Of a stretch of 64,000 nucleotides of DNA, positions 23,703 to 36,407 are shown piece by piece (position 1 is the stretch's first letter; each line of letters begins with the position of its first letter). This DNA comes from Podarcis filfolensis (taxonomy: Eukaryota): NCBI GenBank assembly GCA_964270895.1, contig OZ185437.1; one strand, given 5' to 3'. The translations under genes were made by a program, and so were the position numbers. Below the pieces are notes generated by a model that worked only from the letters and a program-made list of their open reading frames with translations, made no database searches and was not told the DNA's origin.

Positions 23703-25397
23703 AGGCTCTCTCCCTTTGGCTCTTTGAGCAAACGCTTTCATTTCATTGCCAATTTAAGGCATTCACAGTTTTGGGAAGAAATCATGAAAAGAAAGTCTTA
23801 GGCCAAAATATGGTTAGGAATGGCAACCTGCAATCCTTCAGCAAATCAGTGGAGAACCTAAGTCTTGTGGACTAACTCAGATCTTCTCCACATCTTCATC
23901 TGGGTTTTGGTATGATCTTTGTTTAGGATTGCCTGCCTAGCACTTCTCAGACCTCCTCGGACCACTTGGGAGAGCTGTGACCACCCAACCTCATCCCGAT
24001 AAGACCTTTATCCGGTACTTATAATGCATACCTTTGGTGTATACAGTCACTTTTCATGTATACATTTAGCCAGGGTAGATTTACGTCAAGAGCCCAACTC
24101 TCTCCTCTCGCTTGACCTGCCCAAATCCAAAGGAATGGCGGCAGCGTCACTACATAGCTGACCTACAGCCATGTTAGTGTAGCCGTCTCCTGGCCGTAGT
24201 CCTGCTATCTGAAGTGACTGGTACCAAGCACCACTACATAAACAATCAGGGCAAAGGAGAAGGTGGTGGGTGGAGGTTAAATATCTCCTTCCCTTTACAA
24301 GACCACCTACAAAATGTTGCAAAGGCTCTGCAACAAAAATAATCCGTCACAGTTCCAGTGTTAGGGAAAACATAAACAAGTTAAGTGCACTGTTAAAAAG
24401 AACATCTGGGAAGACGTCACGGGCTGCCCAGTTGTTTTCACAAGTTGCTTTTCAGGCAGGAGTCTCCCTGCTGAGCTTCCTGTCTCTTCTGTCTTGCCTG
24501 TCTTGGCTATGTTTATCAAGGGCTGACATAAACACATTTAAATGGCTTTATAAGCCCTTCTCTGCGTATTGTTAATGCGGAAAATGAAAGAAGGCCCACA
24601 GCTGATTTCAGTTTGATGCATGCAGGCATATGTGCAATCATACACGTCATTGCTCTCCCGGTTCCCAGGAGGTTTAGCGCAAAAATTTGCATGGTTTTGA
24701 TGTAGATTGACTTGTATTTGGGGGGAAAGAAGAATATTGACAGCATAATGCCCATGGAAGGATGGACAGAAGATGACAGTCAGGAAGAAGGGGGTTTTTA
24801 TTTGCCAAGTCGAAGGGTAACCAGGGGGCAGAAGGGAGAGTGTGGAGGAAAGTGGCAACCTGATGAGTCACCGCCAAGCCAATTTACACAGTCCAGCCTG
24901 TGCTGAGGCAGCTCAAAATCACATGGAATAGTTTACCGCACAGGGAAGTGTTTATGTCCAACAGCTCTTTGCATGGATGCGGCAATTTCACCGCACCACC
25001 ACAAATGCCCCAAACAAAGCATTTCCAGTGGTGAGATTAAAACAAAAGCAAAAATCAGTGAAACTACATCATCACCCCATATGTTCTTAAAAGAAACAGG
25101 GCTATGGTTGCGCATAGTGGGGTTTGGACCCAGGCTGAAGACATTATATTTTCCTTAGAGTTGACAGGTTCAAGATGGTAGCTGTGGAAGTCTCTTACAG
25201 CAAAGCCAATGAGGAATCCTGTGGCATCTTAAAGACTATCAGATCTATTGTGGCAAGAGCTTTGGGTGCACTTGAAGCCACTTTGTCCAATGCACGGAAC
25301 ATTAGCCTCAGCCCACAGTTTCGCCTTTTGCATTTCATGGCCTTTTGCCCCCTCTGTTTACGATTTTTTTCTCCATATAATGTATCGTGCCAAGTTG

Positions 25398-25950
25398 CCT
25401 CTAGTCCATGAAAGCTTATGCCACAGTAATAGCCTTTTGTTGTTGTTGTTTAGTTGTGTCCGACTCTTCGTGACCCCATGGACCAGAGCACGCCAGGCAC
25501 TTCTGTCTTCCACTGCCTCCCGCAGTTTGGTCAGACTCATGTTTGTAGCTTCGAGAACACTGTCCAACCATCTCGTCCTCTGTCGTCCCCTTCTCCTTGT
25601 GCCCTCCATCTTTCCCAAAATCAGGGTCTTTTCCAGGGAGTCTTCTCTTCTCATGAGGTGGCTAAAGTATTGGAGCCTCAGCTTCACAATCTGTCCTTCC
25701 AGTGAGCACTCAGGGCTGATTTCCTTAAGAATGGATAGGTTTGTTCTTCTTGCAGTCCATGGGACTCTCAAGAGTCTCCTCCAGCACCATAATTCAAAAG
25801 CATCAATTCTTCGGCGATCAGCCTTCTTTATGGTCCAGCTCTCACTTCCATACATCACTACTGGGAAAACCATGGCTTTAACTATACGGACCTTTGTTGG
25901 CAAGGTGATGTCTCTGCTTAGGGTCCCACAAGATTCTTTATTGTTGATCT
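25398..25950 (+). mobile_element. Penelope pLTR remnant split by Bov-B
   Basis: Left: tagtccatgaaagcttatgccaca. Right: ttagggtcccacaagattctttattgttg. Together these rebuild the motif seen at 4540-4610 and 45905-45975. Confidence 0.6.
25436..25920 (-). mobile_element. Bov-B (RTE) LINE, 5'-truncated
   Basis: Open frame PTKVRIVKAMVFPVVMYGSESWTIKKADRRRIDAFELWCWRRLLRVPWTARR...GRQRTRW...WRALVHGVTKSRT, then a (CAA)n tail. Confidence 0.95.
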
Positions 25951-28148
25951 TTACTTAAATGACTTTTGATCCAACAAATAAGAGTTACTGGATAATTGGG
26001 TGGCAGAATTTTTAACTAAACAGAAAATGTGAGTACCTTTCCTGCAAAAAGCCATGACCAGGAAGCTGCTTGTGATTCTTCCTTTTCTAATCAGTGTCAC
26101 CTCTCCCTTGATTAGATGTGACCAAAGGAAGTAGTTGCGGGGGGTGGGGGTGGATGAAATAAGAGAACTAGCTTTTTCCCCTGTAGCAAGGCTCTCATTC
26201 TCCTACCCTCCACCAAATTATCTTATTTAATTAGATTTAAGATTTGTATGCCGCTTTCAAAACAATGAAGTTGACTTCAACATGGCCCAGAAAGATTTTT
26301 TTACAATCAATTTTAATGAAAGCAAATAAAGAAAGAAAAAGATCTATGTTCGCTCTGCTCTCGTTCCAGCCCCCTGCTCTGGGAAAGCTAGTTTGCATTC
26401 ATCTCTCAGGCATGTGGCGGCTGCTGGAATCCTGCCTGAGATTAGCACACCTCTTGCCAGCCAGCCCATGTGGAGCATGCTCTGCCACGTACAGGCTCCG
26501 GCTTGGGCCACTAATCCAGATTTAGGCTGGTTTGTTGGGACAGTCAGGAGGCTGGCTGCTGTGCATAAGTGACACCTGCAGCATGTCAGACAATGGCGCT
26601 GGCCCGCTCTCATAAGGACACGCGTGTGTGAACCCCTGCTCTCTTTCCAACCTTAATGGGTACAACAGATCAAGCAAGCGTTCAGTTGGTGCAGAGATAA
26701 AAGGTCTAAAAATCTTGTGGCTTTCCAAATAATTTTTATTTATCTATCCAGAGAAATTGGGATGCTCCAGCTGGAAAGAAGCTCTGTATTCTTTGTCCGC
26801 AGCTGGTAAGGACAACGGAGCAGATGGCCAATGCTGCTGCTGCTGCTGGCTGCAGCGCTGGAGGAGGAGATTGCCTTGGGAGTATTGGAGCAACTTCAAG
26901 CTCCCCTCCCCACTCTTCCTTTCTCTCTCTCCCCCTCCCCTGTTGCTGGCTGCAGGCAAGCAGCATTTGCAGGCATGGAGTTGTTGATCTGTAACTGCTC
27001 ACGCACTTCCCTGCTGAGGCAAAGCCCTGGCAGCCAATATTAACACAGTGGCACTGATTTAACACCAGTCTGGATGGAAGGACAGGGATGGAACTCAGCT
27101 GGCTGCCACACAGCTCTAGCAAGAATTTGTCCGTCGGATGTTGAGCCGCCAGCAGGAGTCTTCCAAGACCCAGAGTGGTTAAAGGCCATGGGGACAGATG
27201 TGGAGAATGGGCCACAGAAAGTGTCTTTTAAGGGAACGTCCCAATGGCTGATTCTCCCCATGGCTGTCTTATAACTGGAGGACTGGGTAGGGAAAGGTGG
27301 AAAGAAATCAGGTTTCTTGCAAGATGTGTTGCATTGGACTATGCTACCTCCATACTGATTCTGCTACTAGTCCCTAGTGTGCCTTTTTGTACCGGCTGCT
27401 TTTCCATTGGGCCAGTAGGTATCAGACACATTGAATTCTCTTCTGGACACTCACCTGAGGATGCAACCGGAAGTTTAGTCCCATTGAATGCTTAACTTTG
27501 ATGTAAGCATGCATAACCATCTTTAAAAAAATTAAATCTTTGGAGCTCTGACAAATGATTGAACTTGTAAGTATTTACAGAATTAATATAATAACCAAAG
27601 ATACTATTGTGAATACACACATTTGCTTTAGTATGTCTTAGAGACATTAGAAGCAAATAATCCCAGCTTTTTAAAATACAGCTATCCAATAAGAGATGAA
27701 AACTCAACAGTGGCTGTTAATGATGATGCAGTAAGGAGCCTCTCAGAGAAGCAGCTCCTTTGGCCAACAAAGGCCATTATCTCCTGACCCTGAAGGTGCT
27801 TCCCTACTATGCATAAAATATAGTAAGGCTGATACAGACCACAATATGCACTCCTGAAATTGCCCCAGGGCCTTATGTTTGATGACTCTAGAGACCATTA
27901 TCTACACCATAAATAACAAACTTGCACGTGATCATGTGTTTCTGCAAAGATTGACTCTTGTATGCTGTATCATACTGACCTTTCTCAGTACTTCTGAAAT
28001 TGGGATAGAACAAGTTGGATGGCCTGGGTGTGTTGGGGGAGAAAAGGACAGAACTTGAAGCCAGCAGTAGACATTGCCTTCTGCATTGCCTTTGGAATGG
28101 CGCATATACAAGGAATGTGACTCCTTTGCTATGTACCTTTGGAACTGA

Positions 28149-28633
28149 GTTGTTGCTGTTGGCATCCATCTGTCTCGGGAGAAAATGGAAGAGTGTGTCT
28201 TTGGGGGGTGAGGTCAAGGTGTTGGGCAGGTTGCAAGCTCCTGCTGTGGCTGCAGAGTCCGATGTGGGAGATCCATGTTTTGTTGCAGCTGGGGAAGATG
28301 AAGGCGACCGGTTGTGCTTCTGCAGTTGAACATGGCATTTCTTCTCTCTGGGCTCCTCCTCCCAGTGGTCATTCCTCCTCTGGTCACTGCTATGGATACA
28401 CATCTTGACTGCCTGTCTCCAGGCACTGTGGTTGTCTGCAAGGGATTCCCACACAGTGGGGTTGATGTGGCCAACCATTATGTCACATTTGCAGACATCT
28501 TTGCAAAGCAGAGCTGGTCTGCCAATGGGCCTGATGTCAGAAGCCAGTTCTCTGTGGAGCAGGTCCTTGGGGATCCTGCCATCTTCCATTCTGTGGACGT
28601 GACCAAGCTAGCATAGGCGTCGTTGAGACAGTG
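28149..28633 (-). mobile_element. RTE-clade LINE 3' fragment
   Basis: LGHVHRMEDGRIPKDLL..EL...RP.GRP.L..KDVCK.D, then a frameshifted C-terminal zinc finger (SCNK...SHIGL.SH) and a (CAA)-type tail. Confidence 0.88.
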
Positions 28634-31044
28634 AACACACTGGGACTGTGAGCTTTAGCTGAGTTGGCAACAGTAAAACGCCTCGTTTGTCAGTGATAAT
28701 ATTTTCAGAGAGTATACACTTGAAAGAGTGTAATTAAATTCAGCTTTTTTATTTTGCTTGGTTGGCCACACTGAACTGCTATTGATTTAACTCCGATACA
28801 TTCGATTTATTTACTTGGATTTTGTTTCAGAGCACCTTGTCATAAACAGCCAGTCCAAGATACACAACCTCACACCATCCACTGCATTTTTTACTGTACT
28901 TTTGCTTTGAACACTTGGATAAGCTGTTAACTCAGGGTGCCTCCAGGCTGTCAGTATTTTGTGGAAGGGAACCACATGCATGCTGGGGTTTTAGGTTTGT
29001 GAAATCAAAGAGAGTTAAGGTGCTCTGTTGTCCTGGTGTAACAAATCCACATAAAACCAAAACAACACAGACTTTTTGCCATTTGGAAAGTGACAGAGAA
29101 ATGCGTTGAAATGTGTGGGATGAACAAATGATGAACAAGGAAGACATGTACCATCAGGATGAATGCTCACTGACGCATAATCATCACACAAACACATCAG
29201 AACATATTCTCAGTAAATTTCTGATATAGTCTAACCTCTGTGCAAGCAAATCAGGATCAATGCAAGAGGAGCCCTTGCTGTTGACTGTTATCTTCTGATA
29301 AATTAGCTTTGCTGTGCCTGTGCTCATCCCAGAAGAAAGAAACACAAAGGCAGGAAGACCTCTTATTAGACAGACAGATATACATATGCAGAGACTTTTT
29401 ACATATGCAATAATATTTACACATGAGAAACATAGAAGCATATGTTTTCCTGATCCAAAGAAACAAACCGAGGCTGAATCTGGGACTGAGCCACACTCCC
29501 AGTGCTGATGTAAGAATTTCCATCAGTTACAAAATAGTACTCAGGGGCTGTCACTGGAGAAATGGCAATTTTCTACAACAGGCTCGACATTGGCTGATGC
29601 CCACAACAGCTTACAATAAATTGTGCATTTATGGTGTACTGAAAAGATCATCTGGAAAAAGACCTTGACTGAATAATAGCAGTTAGCCAAGGAAGTGTAT
29701 GCTTTAAACTGCCAGTGCCCTTATCATGGCTGCTCAGGCAAACACTGAATCGTGGGAGGCCTTGGGCCACTTGAAGAAGCTCTGTAGCCTGATTTACATA
29801 ATGCTACGTGTCTCCCTTCTCTGACCAGATCCATTTATTGCTTAATTGGGTGTTGTAAAAAAAAATGGTGGCCAATTAGGTTGTGTCATTATCTCCCCAG
29901 CAAAAGTCTTCTCTCTGGGTGAGTCATTCTGAATACAGCTGCTCTGAGTGGTGTGCCTTTTCCCTCCGAGGTCAAAAGTTGGAAAACACTGACCATGTGT
30001 TAATCTACATTGCTGTTTATAATTTTGCAAGGGCAAAAGAAGGGCAGGCTGTATTATTTTATCTCCCCCTTGAAGCCTCCTGAGAAGACTAGACAGGCTT
30101 TCAGGGTAAAAGTACTTTGGTCACATCCACACAATACATTTCAAGCGCATTTGTAAGGTAAAAGGTAAAGGATTCCTGGACAACTGATTTGTTCTAGTTT
30201 TTTTCCTCATCCTCCTCCCTTGCAAAATTAGACATTTAAACAATGGAGATGTAAAAATACTGGGAGGGCTCTGCCCCACCTTGCCTCCCACCTAAGAAGA
30301 GCAGGCAGCAAACTCCTTGAATCCAAAAGATCTAAATCCTGAAATCACCAGGCACAAACTCCTGTCTCAATACAGCATCCTTCAGTGTTTCTTCTGAGGA
30401 GCACAAATAGCAAATTCCTTTCAATAACTAAAGTTGCAATCCTATACCCAATGAACACAATGGAGTTTACTTCTGAGTAAACCTGAGCTAAATTCAGATG
30501 AAACTTTATTCCATCTTCCTGAGCTTTCCTTATCTGCTAATTTTTGCATTTTATGTGATCTTTCACATGGCATAAAATCCATTTCTGGAAATCTAGAGGA
30601 ATCCAGCAGAAGTTTAGTGCTCGTTTCCACGTTGTTTCGGGGGGGGGGGGACATTTGCAACTCTGGAAACCTATAATATTGCGGGAGTTTTCTCACAAAA
30701 TGTTGGGTGGTATTTTGGCACGCCGCACAGTGAAGCAAGAGGGAACAGAAGCACGCATGCCCAGAAAGGGTGGGGGAGGAGAAACATGTCCAATGATGTT
30801 CATTGCTGTGTCATGTCATGTCCACTGGTGTGAATGAAGTTTAGCATGACATGACGATCAAAAAGCCACTGTTCCATAACACAATACGTGCTGTGGTGTA
30901 AAAGAAAGAAAGAAAAAGAATTAGAAATTGGAACAGACGCAATAGCATTAAAATCAGTAAAACAAACACAGTAAACAGAGCGCAGCCTGACTCCATCCTT
31001 TGGCAATCTGCAAAGAATTTTTGCTTAATGGTTGCCATCAATTT

Positions 31045-31152
31045 GATTTTAATTAATTTTTATAATGAAATGTTTTTAGAATGTTGCATTCTTTTATTGT
31101 TGTTAGCCGCCCTGAGCCCGGCTTCGGCTGGGGAGGGTGGGATATAAATAAA

Positions 31153-31203
<51 letters not shown>
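31045..31203 (+). mobile_element. L2-type LINE 3' end with (ATT)n tail
   Basis: tgttagccgccctgagcccggcttcggctggggagggtgggatataaataaa followed by a long (ATT)n. Confidence 0.75.
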
Positions 31204-31204
<1 letters not shown>

Positions 31205-31254
31205 CCCACATCTGAATGCAACCTTGTAGAGGGCTGTGCTGTAAATCACTTCTT

Positions 31255-31440
31255 AACACATCTTAAAAGCACGAAGGAGCCTGGCTGCTAGATCAGACCG
31301 AACACTTTTCTAAACTAGCACCCTGTTCTCTACAGTGGCCAACCAGGTACCTATGGGAAACCAGCAAGCAGGGAATGAGGAAAGTAATAGCACCATCTTG
31401 CTGCTGTTCCTCAGAGGCTGATATTCTGAAACATACTACC
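31255..31440 (-). mobile_element. CR1 3' UTR fragment
   Basis: Antisense to the CR1 3' UTR at 36920-37078 (ctgttctctacagtggccaaccag...ctatggga). Confidence 0.6.
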
Positions 31441-32757
31441 CCTGGATATAGCATATCATTTATTTATTTGTTATTGCATGTCTATCCCAACTTCCCTCCA
31501 AGGTGCTCCAAGTGGCATATACCTGTGTGGTTCTCTCCCCCTCTCAACAACCCTGTAAAGTGTGTTAGACTAAGAGATTATTGACTGGGCCAAGGTCACC
31601 TAGTGAGCTTCAGGGCTGAGTGGGGATTTGAACCCAGGGATCCCAGGGTGGGTGTGTGGGTGGGTGTGGGTGTGGGTGTGTGAGAGAGAGAGATTTGAGT
31701 AGGGGAGCAGGATTCGGCCGTCAGAAACAATGTCCAGGCGGAAATCACTGAAATGTCCAGGAAAATCTGGACAAATGGCAACCCATGTCGGAAGTGTAGA
31801 TTTTGGTGAATTTCCTTAAAAATTACTCAGAAACTACTACTACTTCTTCTTTTTAGATTTTGCAATGCTCAATAGGAAATGCTGCATTTCTAAAGTGGTG
31901 CTGCAGATCTATGCAAAATATTGATCCCGAGTCCTTTGCTTTTTGCCTCCGTGGTTTCCATTTCAGATCATAGCCCATGGCCTTCCATCCTCATTAGAAA
32001 CGTCATCCCCAGAGATGGGAGACGCACCGGCTGGTCATTGATCTAGAAGGGAAACCCGAAGGCCTACAAATGCGGTTCGTTATAAAGTGAAAGCAGAGCC
32101 CTTCTGTGGAATTCTATTTGCCACACCAGGCCGCCCAAGCTGGGCCCTGCTTTGCCAGCTGAGACTACTAGCTGAACAAAGGGAAAGGGGAAAGGGGATC
32201 TGCGTTGCAACATGTTAGTTGCTAATGAGGTATTCGCGCTGAAGAAACAAGCAGGAATTACTCATTTAGAGAATGTCATTTCAGATTAATTGCCTCAGCG
32301 TTTCTCCCTCTGCTGAGCTACGTTGGTCAATATGTCAACTGGCCAAAAATATTCATTAAAAGGATAGACTAACAATAGCCTTCAGGACTGCAGCAACTTT
32401 CCTCTTGAACGGCTGCCAGGTGCTTTTCGCCAGGAGAAAAAGTTAGTAACAGCACAAGGTACAATCCCAGAGCCGCAATCAGGAACGGATTATAAAAGAG
32501 TTGGCATGCCAATTCCCATGTCTTTCTCCACATATATAAGATGAAGCTGCTGGGTATGATGAGACAACTAATCCGAAGTGTTTGTAAGTCCCATTTATTT
32601 CAATGAGCAAATTAAATATAGTTCTCTGCACCCAGGGTCACCCTGTGAGCTTCATGGCTGCAACAGGATTCGAATCCAGGTCTCCCTGTTCCTAATTTGA
32701 CACTGCTAACTACTTGACCACATTGCAACCCCATCATATCTATGTTCACTCCAATAA

Positions 32758-34112
32758 TTGAAGACAATATTCCAAGTGTGGTCTGACTAACACAGAATAG
32801 AGTGGTACTATTACCGGTACTTCCCTTGATCTAGACACTATACAGAAGTTGATGCAACCTAGAATAGCATTAGCTTTTTTTGCTGCTGCATCACACTGTT
32901 GACTCATGTTCAGCTTGTGGTCCACCAAGACCCCTAGATCCTTTTCACATGTACTTCTACTAAGCCAGGTGTCCCCCATCCTATATTTGTGCATCTGGTT
33001 CTTCCTGCCTAAGTGCAGAACCTTAGATTTGTCCCTATTGAAATTCATTTTGTTAGCTTGTGCCCAGTTCCCCAATCTGTTATGGTTATTTTGAATTCTG
33101 ATTCTGTCTTCTGCGGCATTAGCTACCCGACCCATTTTGGTGTCATCTGTAAATTTGATGAGCATCCCCTCAAATCCTTCATCCAAGTCATTTATAAAGT
33201 CTATGAAAAACAACAGGCTCAGGACAGAACCCTGTGGCACCCCACTTGTCACTTTTTTCCAGGATGATGAGGAACCATTAATGGGTACTCTTTGGGTTTA
33301 GTCAGCCAATCAGCTAAAAAAACACCTAACAGTTAACAGTTGTCTCGTTCAACCCACATTTTACCAGCTTCCTCGCAAGAACATCATGGGAGACTTTGTC
33401 AAAATCCTTACTGAAATCAAGATACACTATGTCCACAGCATTTTCCTGATCACCAAGTTTGTAATTCTATCAAAAAAAGAAATCAGGTCTGGCATGACTT
33501 ATTTTTGAGAAACCCATACTGGGTCTTAGTAAACAGCATCCTTTTCTAAATGCTCACAGACTGACTGTTGAATTATCTGTTCTAGGACCTTCCCTGATAT
33601 CAATGTCAAGCACACCAGTCGGTAGTTACCTGGGTCTTCCCCCCCCCTTTTGAAGATGGGGACAACATTTGCCCACCTCCAGTCAGTAGAGACCTCACCT
33701 GTTCTCCAAGAATTCTCAAAGATACTGTAATAGACAAAGGCTCTGAAATTACATCCACAATCTCCTTTAGTAATCTTGGATTCAGCTCATCAGGCCCTGG
33801 ATATATGAATTCTTTTAAAGTAGCTAGGTGTTCCATTACTACCTCTTTTCCTATCTTGGGCTGCAGCTCCCTCCTTACATAATTTATTCTGTTATCACCA
33901 GGTTGGGCATCACTTTCCTTTTGGGTGAAGACAGTGGCAAGGTAGGTTTTGAGTAGTTCCATCTTTTCTCTGTCACCCAATATCATTTCTTTGTCTTCCC
34001 CATCCACAGGACCTATCACTTGTTTGTTCTTCCTCTTCTTTTGGACATAGCCAAAGAAACCTTTTATTATTATTTTTAACCTCTCTTGAAAGCCTGACCT
34101 CATTCTGATCAT
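32758..34112 (-). mobile_element. CR1 LINE ORF2 (reverse transcriptase) fragment, decayed
   Basis: GFFGYVQKKRK...PGPDEL.PR.LKE...SGVPQGSVL...FINDLDEG...IKF.DDTK...CEKDLGVLVDHKLNMSQQCDAAAKKANAILGCI...LVRPHLEYC, with frameshifts. Both ends truncated. Confidence 0.95.
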
Positions 34113-36407
34113 ACCTACCTTTTATTGAGCCCATCTCTGTTGACACAGATATAAGCAAGCATTTGAGTCACACAGAGCTCTGTTATCAGAGGAAAAAGAA
34201 AGGTAGCTATTTCTCATCAGCGTAGATAGCAAATCTGGTGAACATTTTAATCACAAGCCATTACACACTGTGTTCTCTGAAAACTAGGCCCTGATCACTG
34301 AAACTATAAAGCAGGACTAAAGCCACAGTACATCTGAAATGCAGTTTTGATTGTTTTGAATGGGCTCTGAAGTCAGCTGTGCAAACACCACTCCTTCATG
34401 GGACCAAAGCCAGATTAACATGCCGTTTGAATGGCTGCATTTTACAAATCCTTCAACATGTGGGAGGAATTATAAGAACAATAACACCGGATTAATTTTG
34501 CTTTTGGCTAGCAGCGTGCAAATAGCTTTCAGACAGGCCAGTTTGAAAATGACAATTCTGTAACAATTTTTGTCTGATGATCTCAAAATGCATCACAGAG
34601 CTCAGCATAGAGAGAGGGCTCAGAGCATCCCATGGGCTCATGGTAATGCTGAAATACAAGGATCTTTAGTGGCTTGATGGAGGCCACACAAGCAGTGCTT
34701 GTTCAGCCAAGAACTATGATTTACAGGTCAGCACTGGCCTTGTTCCATCATTGCAATGTTCCCACCCCACCTTTTTTTTTAAAAAAAAAGTTTATGTTTT
34801 CAAAAGCTGAAGTATATAACTGGAGAGAAATTTAAGCCACAGGTGACACCAAGTGATGGTCTTATTTCTTCATCCGCTGGGCCTGTCCTGGACTGGGTGA
34901 TTCCAGGGTACCCACATCTGTTCATCTGTTTCCTTATTTTTCTACATGGAAATTGAAATATTAAGAAAACCACACTTTCTGCTGAGCCTCCCCACCCGCC
35001 CCCCGCCCCCAGCATCCAGCCGCTAACAAATTACCCTGAGGGAAAGTGATCTTCAAGGCAACAAAAGGTTTCTGCTGCCCCTGTGGATCAATCTTATCCT
35101 ACCCTACCAGTACTGCTGCTTCTTTCTGGTATTAAAAAAAAATGTTTAAAATGTCAGCATAACCTTCCTTACTCGTCTTTCCCCTTGGCTAAATACAGCA
35201 TGTTCCTTCAGGCTTTCCACTCACACAATATACCTATAAGCTAGACCCCCTAGCTCTTCTATGAAACCTGTATATATATATTTTTATTTTTTAAAGGGCT
35301 TCCTGGGAATTGGACCATTTAGAGGAATGATGTTCAAATCAGCTTTCCATTTCCAATATCAGTAATTACTGCATCAGTAAATGGCAATTACCCTACTAAT
35401 CCCAGCCTTTGAAAGTTGAGTAAACACTTAGGCAACAGTCTGGCAAAAGCGTTAAAAATATGTGCATTTACAAACCAGGCAGTCATTCTACAAATCTGAA
35501 TATTTGCTAACTTGCTATTTTGCCAGCCTGACAGCTAGAGAGAAAGTCTCATAGGCAAAGTTCCATTGTTGCAAAGGTTAAAAAGATCATCTTCATCACT
35601 GTAAAGATGCCTACTATATTGTATCACTTGCGCACACAGCAACAGCTGCCAATATTTACATACAGGATTAAATTTTACTGGCATTTGATGTCACAAACAA
35701 ACATTAAATTCACAATAGCCATGTGTCTTCTTCACAGGATTTCAACTGAAGAAGTACAACTCTCTATTGTGGAAGGTTTGTGATGTGATTCCCCCCCTCC
35801 CCCGCACCTCATTGTATGGTAATGTGTGCAAATGCTTTAGCTAAATAAGAACAACTGTGTTTGCTTTTCACAGAGAATAGCTGGCTGTGTGTTGGAACAG
35901 ACACAAAGTGGCAATTGGTTCCCCGGGTCTCTTTGTAAATTAATCTAATTAAACACCCCAAAACTGCAGTTCTACAGAGGTGCTAATCTGGAATGAATAG
36001 TTTCTTGATCATTGTCTGCTTGGTCTCACCAAAGCTCTCCAAAGGTCCTAAGAACAACAACAACAACAAAAAGTTGCAGCATTTGGGATGTTTTAGTTTA
36101 GAGAAGAGGCAAATCAGAGGTGACATGACAGAAGCTTACAAAGTCATGCATGGAAAGCAGAATACAGAGAGAGAAAAAGCTTTTTTCCCTTTCATAACAC
36201 TAGAACTCATAGATATCCAGTGAAGCTGAATGTTGGAAGATTCAGGATGGATAAATTAAAGTCTTTCTTTAGTTAAACATTGGAACTTGCTCCCACAGGA
36301 GGATCCCACCTTAGATGGCTTTAAAAGAGGGTTGGGCAAATAATAGTGTCAAAAGCCATCAATGGCTACTAGCAATGACAGTTATGCTCTGCCTCTACAG
36401 TTGGAGG

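Noticed and set aside
24860-24867. CTGATGAG hammerhead-like core (also at ~42986)
   Set aside because: No properly placed stem II, GAAA and UH cleavage site with a pairing stem I.
25248-25958. 236-aa plus-strand ORF
   Set aside because: Antisense shadow of the Bov-B coding frame.
26736-27215. GC-rich region with several overlapping ORFs and an acceptor-CTG-donor pattern (ttctttgtccgcAG ctg GTaag, 26791-26810) resembling a 3-nt microexon
   Set aside because: The ORFs are low-complexity and unrecognisable. No plus-strand host gene is evident to give the microexon a context.
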